Below, piece after piece: positions 28,901 to 43,100 of a DNA stretch of 64,000 nt (position 1 is its first letter; each line of letters begins with the position of its first letter). The position numbers and the translations under genes are program-made. The notes under the pieces are model-generated. The model was not told where the DNA came from. It did not search any database and saw nothing but the letters and a program-made list of their open reading frames with translations. The stretch is from positions 12,276,001-12,340,000 of the forward strand of contig OZ024745.1 of assembly GCA_964016885.1 (NCBI GenBank), written 5' to 3'. Source of the DNA: Eledone cirrhosa. Taxonomy: Eukaryota.

Positions 28901-31038
28901 TGTCATCTCTCTAACAGACTGTAACTCACCAATATTGAAGTATGTCATCTCTCTAGTGGACTGTAACTCACCAATATTGAAGTATGTCATCTCTCTAACA
29001 GTCTGTAACTCACCAATACTGAAGTATCTCATCTCTCTAGTAGACCGTAACTCACCAATATTGAAGTATGTCATCTCTGTAGTAGACAGTAACTCACCAA
29101 TATTGAAGTATGTCATCTCTCTAGTAGACTGTAACTCACCAATATTGAAGTATGTCATCTCTCTAACAGACTGTAACTCACCAATACTGAAGTATGTCAT
29201 CTCTCTAGTAGACTGTAACTCACCAATATTGAAGTATGTCATCTCTCTAGTAGACTGTAATTCACCAATATTGAAGTATGTCATCTCTCTAGTAGACTGT
29301 ATCTCACCAATATTGAAGTATGTCATCTCTCTAGTGGACTGTAACTCACCAATATTGAAGTATGTCATCCCTCTAGTGGACTGTAACTCACCAATATTGA
29401 AGTATGTCATCTCTCTAGTAGACTGTAACTCACCAATATTGAAGTATGTCATCTCTCTAGTAGACTGTAACTCACCAATATTGAAGTATGTCATCTCTCT
29501 AGTGGACTGTAACTCACCAATATTGAAGTATGTCATCTCTCTAGTGGACTGTAACTCACCAATATTGAAGTATGTCATCTCTCTAACAGACTGTAACTCA
29601 CCAATATTGAAGTATGTCATCTCTCTAACAGACTGTAACTCACCAATATTGAAGTATGTCATCTCGTTAGTAGACTGTAACTCACCAATATTGAAGTATG
29701 TCATCTCTCTAGTAGACTGTAACTCACCAATATTGAAGGATGTCATCTTTCTAGTAGACTGTAACTCACCAATATTGAAGTATGTCATCTCACTAGTGGA
29801 CTGTAACTCACCAATATTGTAGTATGTCATCTCTCTAGTGGACTGTAACTCACCAATATTGAAGTATGTCATCTCTCTAACAGACTGTAACTCACCAATA
29901 CTGAAGTATGTCATCTCTCTAGTAGACTGTAACTCACCAATATTGAAGTATGTCATCTCTCTAGTAGACTGTAACTCACCAATATTGAAGTATGTCATCT
30001 CACTAGTGGATTGTAACTTACCAATATTGAAGTATGTCATCTCTCTAGTAGACTGTAACTCACCAATAATGAAGTATGTCATCTCTCTAGTGGACTGTAA
30101 CTCACCAATATTGAAGTATGTCATCTCTCTATAAGACTGTAACTCACCAATATTGAAGTATGTCATCTCTCTAGTAGACTGTAACTCACCAATATTGAAG
30201 TATGTCATCTCTCTAGTGGAGTGTAACTCACCAATATTGAAGTATGTCATCTCTCTAGTGGACTGTAACTCACCAATATTGAAGTATGTCATCTCTCTAA
30301 CAGACTGTAACTCACCAATATTGAAGTATGTCATCTCTCTAGTAGACTGTAACTCACCAATATTGAAGTATGTCATCTCTCTAACAGACTGTAACTCACC
30401 AATACTGAAGTATGTCATCTCTCTAGTAGACTGTAACTCACCAATATTGAAGTATGTCATCTCTCTAGTAGACTGTAACTCACCAATATTGAAGTATGTC
30501 ATCTCTCTAGTAGACTGTAACTCACCAATATTGAAGTATGTCATCTCTCTAGTAGACTGTAACTCACCAATATTGAAGTATGTCATCTCTCTAGTAGACT
30601 GTAACTCACCAATATTGAAGTATGTAATCTCTCTAGTGGAATGTAACTCTCCAATATTGAAGTATGTCATCTCTCTAGTAGACTGTAACTCACCAATATT
30701 GAAGTATGTCATCTCTCTAGTAGACTGTAACTCACCAATATTGCAGTATGTCATCTCTCTAACAGACTGTAACTCACCAATATTGAAGTATGTCATCTCT
30801 CTAGTAGATTGTAACTCACCAATATTGAAGTATGTCATCTCTCTAGTAGACTGTAACTCACCAATATTGAAGTATGTCATCTCACTAGTGGACTGTAACT
30901 CACCAATATTGAAGTATGTCATCTCTCTAGTAGACTGTAACTCACCAATATTGAAGTATATCATCTCTCTAGTGGAATGTAACTCACCAATATTGAAGTA
31001 TGTCATCTCACTAGTGGACTGTAACTCACCAATATTGA
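22891..31038. repeat. Direct tandem duplication of a 96/98-monomer block (22891-26922 and 26923-31038)
   Basis: Shared variants agaagagtgt, gaggtatg, catcaata, catccttct, gtatgacat, gactgcaaat, gaccgt, ctcgttag, ctataaga; ORF offsets 22916/26948 and 24698/28730 = 4032; 26018/30134 = 4116. Confidence 0.92.
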
Positions 31039-31122
31039 AGTATGTCATCTATCTAGTAGACTGTAACTCACCAATATTGAAGTATGTCATCTCTCTAGCA
31101 GACTGTAACTAACCAATATTGA

Positions 31123-34100
31123 ACTATGTCATCTCTCTGGTAGACTGTAACTCACCAATATTGAAGTATGTCATCTCTCTAACAGACTGTAACTCACCAA
31201 TATTGAAGTATGTCATCTCTCTAGTGGACTGTAACTCACCAATATTGAAGTATGTCATCTCTCTAGTAGACTGTAACTCACCAATATTGAAGTATGTCAT
31301 CTCTCTAGTAGACTGTAACTCTCCCATATATAAGTATGTAATCTCACTAGTGGACTGTAACTCACCAATATTGACGTATGTCATCTCTCTAGTAGACTGT
31401 AACTCACCAATATTGAAGTATGTCATCTCTCTAGCAGACTGTAATTCACCAATATTGAACTATGTCATCTATCTAGTAGACTGTAACTCACCAATATTGA
31501 AGTATGTCATCTCTCTAGTAGACTGTAACTCACCAATATTGAAGTTTGTCATCTCTCTAGTGGACTGTAAATCACCAATATTGAAGTATGGCATCTCTCT
31601 AGTAGACTGTAACTCACCAATATTGAAGTATGTCATCTCTCTAACAGACTGTAACTCACCAATGTTGAAGTATGTCATCTCTCTAGTGGACGGTAACTCA
31701 CCAATATTGAAGTATGTCATCTCTCTAACAGTCTGTAACTCACCAATACTGAAGTATGTCATCTCTCTAGTAGACTGTAACTCACCAATATTGAAGTATG
31801 TCATCTCTCTAGTAGACTGTAACTCACCAATATTGAAGTATGTCATCTCTCTAGTAGACTGTAACTCACCAATATTGAAGTATGTCATCTCTCTAGAGGA
31901 CTGTAACTCACCAATATTGAAGTATGTCATCTCTCTAACAGACTGTAACTCACCAATACTGAAGTATGTCATCTCTCTAGTAGACTGTAACTCACCAATA
32001 TTGAAGTATGTCATCTCTCTAGTAGACTGCAACTCACCAATATTGAAGTATGTCATCTCTCTAACAGACTGTAACTCACCAATACTGAAGTATGTCATCT
32101 CTCTAGTAGACTGTAATTCACCAATATTGAAGTATGTCATCTCTCTAGTAGACTGTAACTCACCAATATTGAAGTATGTCATCTCTCTAGTGGACTGTAA
32201 CTCACCAATATTGAAGTATATCATCCCTCTAGTGGACTGTAACTCACCAATATTGAAGTATGTCATCTCTCTAGTAGATTGTACCTCACCAATACTGAAG
32301 TATGTCATCTCTCTAGTAGACTGTAACTCACCAATATTGAAGTATGTCATCTTTCTAGTAGACTGTAACTCACCAATATTGAAGTATGTCATCTCTCTAG
32401 TAGACTGTAACTCACCAATATTGAAGTATGTCATCTCTCTAGTGGACTGTAACTCACCAATATTGAAGTATGTCATCCCTCTAGTGGACTGTAACTCACA
32501 AATATTGAAGTATGTCATCTATCTAGTAGACTGTACCTCACCAAAATTGAAGTATGTCATCTCTCTAGTAGACTGTAACTCACCAATATTGAAGTATGTC
32601 ATCTCTCTAGTAGACTGTAACTCACCAATATTGAAGTATGTCATCTCTCTAGTAGACTGTAACTCACCAATATTGAAGTATGTCATCTCTCTAGTAGACT
32701 GTAACTCACCAATATTGAAGTATGTCATCTCTCTAGTAGACTGTAACTCACCAATATTGAAGTATATCATCTCTCTAGTGGAATGTAACTCACCAATATT
32801 GAAGTATGTCATCTCACTAGTGGACTGTAACTCACCAATATTGAAGTATGTCATCTCACTAGTGGACTGTAACTCACCAATATTGAAGTATGTCATCTCT
32901 CTAGTAGACTGTAACTCACCAATATTGAAGTATGTCATCTCTCTAGCAGACTGTAACTAACCAATATTGAACTATGTCATCTCTCTGGTAGACTGTAACT
33001 CACCAATATTGAAGTATGTCATCTCTCTAACAGACTGTAACTCACCAATATTGAAGTATGTCATCTCTCTATAGGACTGTAACTCACCAATATTGAAGTA
33101 TGTCATCTCTCTAGTAGACTGTAACTCACCAATATTGAAGTATGTCATCTCTCTAGTAGACTGTAACTCTCCCATATTTAAGTATGTAATCTCACTAGTG
33201 GACTGTAACTCACCAATATTGAAGTATGTCATCTCTCTAGTAGACTGTAACTCACCAATATTGAAGTATGTCATCTCTCTAGCAGACTGTAACTCACCAA
33301 TATTGAACTATGTCATCTATCTAGTAGACTGTAACTCACCAATATTGAAGTATGTCATCTCTCTAGTAGACTGTAACTCACCAATATTGAAGTTTGTCAT
33401 CTCTCTAGTGGACTGTAAATCACCAATATTGAAGTATGGCATCTCTCTAGTAGACTGTAACTCACCAATATTGAAGTATGTCATCTCTCTAACAGACTGT
33501 AACTCACCAATGTTGAAGTATGTCATCTCTCTAGTGGACGGTAACTCACCAATATTGAAGTATGTCATCTCTCTAACAGTCTGTAACTCACCAATACTGA
33601 AGTATGTCATCTCTCTAGTAGACTGTAACTCACCAATATTGAAGTATGTCATCTCTCTAGTAGACTGTAACTCACCAATATTGAAGTATGTCATCTCTCT
33701 AGTAGACTGTAACTCACCAATATTGAAGTATGTCATCTCTCTAGAGGACTGTAACTCACCAATATTGAAGTATGTCATCTCTCTAACAGACTGTAACTCA
33801 CCAATACTGAAGTATGTCATCTCTCTAGTAGACTGTAACTCACCAATATTGAAGTATGTCATCTCTCTAGTAGACTGTAACTCACCAATATTGAAGTATG
33901 TCATCTCTCTAACAGACTGTAACTCACCAATACTGAAGTATGTCATCTCTCTAGTAGACTGTAATTCACCAATATTGAAGTATGTCATCTCTCTAGTAGA
34001 CTGTAACTCACCAATATTGAAGTATGTCATCTCTCTAACAGACTGTAATTCACCAATATTGAAGTATGTCATCTCTCTAGTAGACTGTAACTCACCAATA

Positions 34101-37100
34101 TTGAAGTATGTCATCTCTCTAACAGACTGTAACTCACCAATGTTGAAGTATGTCATCTCTCTAGTGGACGGTAACTCACCAATATTGAAGTATGTCATCT
34201 CTCTAACAGTCTGTAACTCACCAATACTGAAGTATGTCATCTCTCTAGTAGACTGTAACTCACCAATATTGAAGTATGTCATCTCTCTAGTAGACTGTAA
34301 CTCACCAATATTGAAGTATGTCATCTCTCTAGTAGACTGTAACTCACCAATATTGAAGTATGTCATCTCTCTAGAGGACTGTAACTCACCAATATTGAAG
34401 TATGTCATCTCTCTAACAGACTGTAACTCACCAATACTGAAGTATGTCATCTCTCTAGTAGACTGTAACTCACCAATATTGAAGTATGTCATCTCTCTAG
34501 TAGACTGCAACTCACCAATATTGAAGTATGTCATCTCTCTAACAGACTGTAACTCACCAATACTGAAGTATGTCATCTCTCTAGTAGACTGTAATTCACC
34601 AATATTGAAGTATGTCATCTCTCTAGTAGACTGTAACTCACCAATATTGAAGTATGTCATCTCTCTAGTGGACTGTAACTCACCAATATTGAAGTATATC
34701 ATCCCTCTAGTGGACTGTAACTCACCAATATTGAAGTATGTCATCTCTCTAGTAGATTGTACCTCACCAATACTGAAGTATGTCATCTCTCTAGTAGACT
34801 GTAACTCACCAATATTGAAGTATGTCATCTTTCTAGTAGACTGTAACTCACCAATATTGAAGTATGTCATCTCTCTAGTAGACTGTAACTCACCAATATT
34901 GAAGTATGTCATCTCTCTAGTGGACTGTAACTCACCAATATTGAAGTATGTCATCCCTCTAGTGGACTGTAACTCACAAATATTGAAGTATGTCATCTAT
35001 CTAGTAGACTGTACCTCACCAAAATTGAAGTATGTCATCTCTCTAGTAGACTGTAACTCACCAATATTGAAGTATGTCATCTCTCTAGTAGACTGTAACT
35101 CACCAATATTGAAGTATGTCATCTCTCTAGTAGACTGTAACTCACCAATATTGAAGTATGTCATCTCTCTAGTAGACTGTAACTCACCAATATTGAAGTA
35201 TGTCATCTCTCTAGTAGACTGTAACTCACCAATATTGAAGTATATCATCTCTCTAGTGGAATGTAACTCACCAATATTGAAGTATGTCATCTCACTAGTG
35301 GACTGTAACTCACCAATATTGAAGTATGTCATCTCACTAGTGGACTGTAACTCACCAATATTGAAGTATGTCATCTCTCTAGTAGACTGTAACTCACCAA
35401 TATTGAAGTATGTCATCTCTCTAGCAGACTGTAACTAACCAATATTGAACTATGTCATCTCTCTGGTAGACTGTAACTCACCAATATTGAAGTATGTCAT
35501 CTCTCTAACAGACAGTAACTCACCAATATTGAAGTATGTCATCTCTCTAGTGGACTGTAACTCACCAATATTGAAGTATGTCATCTCTCTAGTAGACTGT
35601 AACTCACCAATATTGAAGTATGTCATCTCTCTAGTAGACTGTAACTCTCCCATATTTAAGTATGTAATCTCACTAGTGGACTGTAACTCACCAATATTGA
35701 AGTATGTCATCTCTCTAGTAGACTGTAACTCACCAATATTGAAGTATGTCATCTCTCTAGCAGACTGTAACTCACCAATATTGAACTATGTCATCTATCT
35801 AGTAGACTGTAACTCACCAATATTGAAGTATGTCATCTCTCTAGTAGACTGTAACTCACCAATATTGAAGTTTGTCATCTCTCTAGTGGACTGTAAATCA
35901 CCAATATTGAAGTATGGCATCTCTCTAGTAGACTGTAACTCACCAATATTGAAGTATGTCATCTCTCTAACAGACTGTAACTCACCAATGTTGAAGTATG
36001 TCATCTCTCTAGTGGACGGTAACTCACCAATATTGAAGTATGTCATCTCTCTAACAGTCTGTAACTCACCAATACTGAAGTATGTCATCTCTCTAGTAGA
36101 CTGTAACTCACCAATATTGAAGTATGTCATCTCTCTAGTAGACTGTAACTCACCAATATTGAAGTATGTCATCTCTCTAGTAGACTGTAACTCACCAATA
36201 TTGAAGTATGTCATCTCTCTAGAGGACTGTAACTCACCAATATTGAAGTATGTCATCTCTCTAACAGACTGTAACTCACCAATACTGAAGTATGTCATCT
36301 CTCTAGTAGACTGTAACTCACCAATATTGAAGTATGTCATCTCTCTAGTAGACTGTAACTCACCAATATTGAAGTATGTCATCTCTCTAACAGACTGTAA
36401 CTCACCAATACTGAAGTATGTCATCTCTCTAGTAGACTGTAATTCACCAATATTGAAGTATGTCATCTCTCTAGTAGACTGTAACTCACCAATATTGAAG
36501 TATGTCATCTCTCTAACAGACTGTAATTCACCAATATTGAAGTATGTCATCTCTCTAGTAGACTGTAACTCACCAATATTGAAGTATGTCATCTCTCTAG
36601 TGGACTGTAACTCACCAATATTGAAGTATGTCATCTCTCTAGTAGATTGTACCTCACCAATACTGAAGTATGTCATCTCTCTAGTAGACTGTAACTCACC
36701 AATATTGAAGTATGTCATCTTTCTAGTAGACTGTAACTCACCAATATTGAAGTATGTCATCTCTCTAGTAGACTGTAACTCACCAATATTGAAGTATGTC
36801 ATCTCTCTAGTGGACTGTAACTCACCAATATTGAAGTATGTCATCCCTCTAGTGGACTGTAACTCACAAATATTGAAGTATGTCATCTATCTAGTAGACT
36901 GTACCTCACCAAAATTGAAGTATGTCATCTCTCTAGTAGACTGTAACTCACCAATATTGAAGTATGTCATCTCTCTAGTAGACTGTAACTCACCAATATT
37001 GAAGTATGTCATCTCTCTAGTAGACTGTAACTCACCAATATTGAAGTATGTCATCTCTCTAGTAGACTGTAACTCACCAATATTGAAGTATGTCATCTCT

Positions 37101-40100
37101 CTACCAGACTGTAACTCACCAATATTGAAGTATGTCATCTCACTAGTAGAGTGTAACTCACCAATATTGAAGTATGTCATCTCACTAGTGGACTGTAACT
37201 CACCAATATTGAAGTATGTCATCTCTCTAGTAGACTGTAACTCACCAATATTGAAGTATGTCATCTCTCTAACAGACTGTAACTCACCAATATTGAAGTA
37301 TGTCATCTCTCTAGTGGACGGTAACTCACCAATAAGGAAATATGTCATCTCTCTAACAGTCTGTAACTCGCCAATACTGAAGTATGTCATCTCTCTAGTA
37401 GACTGTAACTCACCAATATTGAAGTATGTCATCTCTCTAGTAGACTGTAACTCACCAATATTGAAGTATGTCATCTCTCTAGTAGACTGTAACTCACCAA
37501 TATTGAAGTATGTCATCTCTCTAGTGGACTGTAACTCACCAATATTGAAGTATGTCATCTCTCTAACAGACTGTAACTCACCAATACTGAAGTATGTCAT
37601 CTCTCTAGTAGACTGTAACTCACCAATATTGAAGTATGTCATCTCTCTAGTAGACTGTAACTCACCAATATTGAAGTATGTCATCTCTCTAGTAGACTGT
37701 AACTCACCAATATTGAAGTATGTCATCTCTCTAGTGGACTGTAACTCACCAATATTGAAGTATGTCATCCCTCTAGTGGACTGTAACTCACCAATATTGA
37801 AGTATGTCATCTCTCTAGTAGACTGTAACTCACCAATATTGAAGTATGTCATCTCTCTAGTAGACTGTAACTCACCAATATTGAAGTATGTCATCTCTCT
37901 AACAGACTGTAACTCACCAATACTGAAGTATGTCATCTCTCTAGTAGACTGTAATTCACCAATATTGAAGTATGTTATCTCTCTAGTAGACTGTAACTCA
38001 CCAATATTGAAGTATGTCATCTCTCTAGTGGACTGTACCTCACCAATATTGAAGTATGTCATCCCTCTAGTGGACTGTAACTCACCAATATTGAAGTATG
38101 TCATCTCTCTAGTAGATTGTACCTCACCAATACTGAAGTATGTCATCTCTCTAGTAGACTGTAACTCACCAATATTGAAGTATGTCATCTCTCTTGTAGA
38201 CTGTAACTCACCAATATTGAAGTATGTCATCTCTCTAGTGGACTGTAACTCACCAATATTGAAGTATGTCATCCCTCTAGTGGACTGTAACTCACAAATA
38301 TTGAAGTATGTCATCTCTCTAGTAGACTGTACCTCACCAATATTGAAGTATGTCATCTCTCTAGTAGACTGTAACTCACCAATATTGAAGTATGTCATCT
38401 CTCTAGTAGACTGTAACTCACCAATATTGAAGTATGTCATCTCTCTAACAGACTGTAACTCACCAATACTGAAGTATGTCATCTCTCTAGTAGACTGTAA
38501 CTCACCAATATTGAAGTATGTCATGTCTCTAATAGACTGTAACTCACCAATATTGAAGTATGTCATCTCTCTGGTAGACTGTAACTCTCCAATATTGAAG
38601 TATGTCATCTCTCTAGTGGACTGTAACTCACCAATACCGAAGTATGTCATCTCTCTAACAGACTGTAACTCACCAATATTGAAGTATGTCATCTCTCTAG
38701 TGGACTGTAACTCACCAATATTGAAGTATGTCATCTCTCTAACAGTCTGTAACTCACCAATACTGAAGTATGTCATCTCGCTAGTAGACTGTAACTCACC
38801 AATATTGAAGTATGTCATCTCTCTAGTGGACTGTAACTCACCAATACCGAAGTATGTCATCTCTCTAACAGACTGTAACTCACCAATATTGAAGTATGTC
38901 ATCTCTCTAGTGGACTGTAACTCACCAATATTGAAGTATGTCATCTCTCTAACAGACTGTAACTCACCAATACTGAAGTATGTCATCTCGCTAGTAGACT
39001 GTAACTCACAAATATTGAAGTATGTCATCTCTCTAGTAGACTGTACCTCACCAATATTGAAGTATGTCATCTCTCTAGTAGACTGTAACTCACCAATATT
39101 GAAGTATGTCATCTCTCTAACAGACTGTAACTCACCAATGTTGAAGTATGTCATCTCTCTAGTGGACGGTAACTCACCAATATTGAAGTATGTCATCTCT
39201 CTAACAGTCTGTAACTCACCAATACTGAAGTATGTCATCTCTCTAGTAGACTGTAACTCACCAATATTGAAGTATGTCATCTCTCTAGTAGACTGTAACT
39301 CACCAATATTGAAGTATGTCATCTCTCTAGTAGACTGTAACTCACCAATATTGAAGTATGTCATCTCTCTAGAGGACTGTAACTCACCAATATTGAAGTA
39401 TGTCATCTCTCTAGTAGACTGTAACTCACCAATATTGAAGTATGTCATCTCTCTAACAGTCTGTAACTCACCAATACTGAAGTATGTCATCTCTCTAGTA
39501 GACTGTAACTCACCAATATTGAAGTATGTCATCTCTCTAGTAGACTGTAACTCACCAATATTGAAGTATGTCATCTCTCTAGTAGACTGTAACTCACCAA
39601 TATTGAAGTATGTCATCTCTCTAGAGGACTGTAACTCACCAATATTGAAGTATGTCATCTCTCTAACAGACTGTAACTCACCAATACTGAAGTATGTCAT
39701 CTCTCTAGTAGACTGTAACTCACCAATATTGAAGTATGTCATCTCTCTAGTAGACTGTAACTCACCAATATTGAAGTATGTCATCTCTCTAACAGACTGT
39801 AACTCACCAATACTGAAGTATGTCATCTCTCTAGTAGACTGTAACTCACCAATATTGAAGTATGTCATCTCTCTAACAGACTGTAACTCACCAATACTGA
39901 AGTATGTCATCTCTCTAGTAGACTGTAATTCACCAATATTGAAGTATGTCATCTCTCTAGTAGACTGTAACTCACCAATATTGAAGTATGTCATCTCTCT
40001 AGTGGACTGTAACTCACAAATATTGAAGTATGTCATCTCTCTAGTAGACTGTACCTCACCAATATTGAAGTATGTCATCTCTCTAGTAGACTGTAACTCA

Positions 40101-43100
40101 CCAATATTGAAGTATGTCATCTCTCTAACAGTCTGTAACTCACCAATACTGAAGTATGTCATCTCTCTAGTAGACTGTAACTCACCAATATTGAAGTATG
40201 TCATCTCTCTAGTAGACTGTAACTCACCAATATTGAAGTCTGTCATCTCTCTAGTAGACTGTAACTCACCAATATTGAAGTATGTCATCTCTCTAGAGGA
40301 CTGTAACTCACCAATATTGAAGTATGTCATCTCTCTAACAGACTGTAACTCACCAATACTGAAGTATGTCATCTCTCTAGTAGACTGTAACTCACCAATA
40401 TTGAAGTATGTCATCTCTCTAGTAGACTGTAACTCACCAATATTGAAGTATGTCATCTCTCTAACAGACTGTAACTCACCAATACTGAAGTATGTCATCT
40501 CTCTAGTAGACTGTAATTCACCAATATTGAAGTATGTCATCTCTCTAGTAGACTGTAACTCACCAATATTGAAGTATGTCATCTCTCTAGTGGACTGTAA
40601 CTCACCAATATTGAAGTATATCATCCCTCTAGTGGACTGTAACTCACCAATATTGAAGTATGTCATCTCTCTAGTAGATTGTACCTCACCAATACTGAAG
40701 TATGTCATCTCTCTAGTAGACTGTAACTCACCAATATTGAAGTATGTCATCTTTCTAGTAGACTGTAACTCACCAATATTGAAGTATGTCATCTCTCTAG
40801 TAGACTGTAACTCACCAATATTGAAGTATGTCATCTCTCTAGTGGACTGTAACTCACCAATATTGAAGTATGTCATCCCTCTAGTGGACTGTAACTCACA
40901 AATATTGAAGTATGTCATCTATCTAGTAGACTGTACCTCACCAAATTTGAAGTATGTCATCTCTCTAGTAGACTGTAACTCACCAATATTGAAGTATGTC
41001 ATCTCTCTAGTAGACTGTAACTCACCAATATTGAAGTATGTCATCTCTCTAGTAGACTGTAACTCACCAATATTGAAGTATGTCATCTCTCTAGTAGACT
41101 GTAACTCACCAATATTGAAGTATATCATCTCTCTAGTGGAATGTAACTCACCAATATTGAAGTATGTCATCTCACTAGTGGACTGTAACTCACCAATATT
41201 GAAGTATGTCATCTCACTAGTGGACTGTAACTCACCAATATTGAAGTATGTCATCTCTCTAGTAGACTGTAACTCACCAATATTGAAGTATGTCATCTCT
41301 CTAGCAGACTGTAACTAACCAATATTGAACTATGTCATCTCTCTGGTAGACTGTAACTCACCAATATTGAAGTATGTCATCTCTCTAACAGACTGTAACT
41401 CACCAATATTGAAGTATGTCATCTCTCTAGTAGACTGTAACTCACCAATATTGAAGTATGTCATCTCTCTAGCAGACTGTAACTCACCAATATTGAACTA
41501 TGTCATCTATCTAGTAGACTGTAACTCACCAATATTGAAGTATGTCATCTCTCTAGTAGACTGTAACTCACCAATATTGAAGTTTGTCATCTCTCTAGTG
41601 GACTGTAAATCACCAATATTGAAGTATGGCATCTCTCTAGTAGACTGTAACTCACCAATATTGAAGTATGTCATCTCTCTAACAGACTGTAACTCACCAA
41701 TGTTGAAGTATGTCATCTCTCTAGTGGACGGTAACTCACCAATATTGAAGTATGTCATCTCTCTAACAGTCTGTAACTCACCAATACTGAAGTATGTCAT
41801 CTCTCTAGTAGACTGTAGCTCACCAATATTGAAGTATGTCATCTCTCTAGTAGACTGTAACTCACCAATATTGAAGTATGTCATCTCTCTAGAGGACTGT
41901 AACTCACCAATATTGAAGTATGTCATCTCTCTAACAGACTGTAACTCACCAATACTGAAGTATGTCATCTCTCTAGTAGACTGTAACTCACCAATATTGA
42001 AGTATGTCATCTCTCTAGTAGACTGTAACTCACCAATATTGAAGTATGTCATCTCTCTAACAGACTGTAACTCACCAATACTGAAGTATGTCATCTCTCT
42101 AGTAGACTGTAATTCACCAATATTGAAGTATGTCATCTCTCTAGTAGATTGTAACTCACCAATATTGAAGTATGTCATCTCTCTAGTGGACTGTAACTCA
42201 CCAATATTGAAGTATATCATCCCTCTAGTGGACTGTAACTCACCAATATTGAAGTATGTCATCTCTCTAGTAGATTGTACCTCACCAATACTGAAGTATG
42301 TCATCTCTCTAGTAGACTGTAACTCACCAATATTGAAGTATGTCATCTTTCTAGTAGACTGATACTCACCAATATTGAAGTATGTCATCTCTCTAGTAGA
42401 CTGTAACTCACCAATATTGAAGTATGTCATCTCTCTAGTGGACTGTAACTCACCAATATTGAAGTATGTCATCCCTCTAGTGGACTGTAACTCACAAATA
42501 TTGAAGTATGTCATCTATCTAGTAGACTGTACCTCACCAAAATTGAAGTATGTCATCTCTCTAGTAGACTGTAACTCACCAATATTGAAGTATGTCATCT
42601 CTCTAGTAGACTGTAACTCACCAATATTGAAGTATGTCATCTCTCTAGTAGACTGTAACTCACCAATATTGAAGTATGTCATCTCTCTAGTAGACTGTAA
42701 CTCACCAATATTGAAGTATGTCATCTCTCTACCAGACTGTAACTCACCAATATTGAAGTATGTCATCTCACTAGTAGATTGTAACTCACCAATATTGAAG
42801 TATGTCATCTCACTAGTGGACTGTAACTCACCAATATTGAAGTATGTCATCTCTCTAGTAGACTGTAACTCACCAATATTGAAGTATGTCATCTCTCTAA
42901 CAGACTGTAACTCACCAATATTGAAGTATGTCATCTCTCTAGTGGACGGTAACTCACCAATATTGAAGTATGTCATCTCTCTAACAGTCTGTAACTCACC
43001 AATACTGAAGTATGTCATCTCTCTAGTAGACTGTAACTCACCAATATTGAAGTATGTCATCTCTCTAGTAGACTGTAACTCACCAATATTGAAGTATGTC

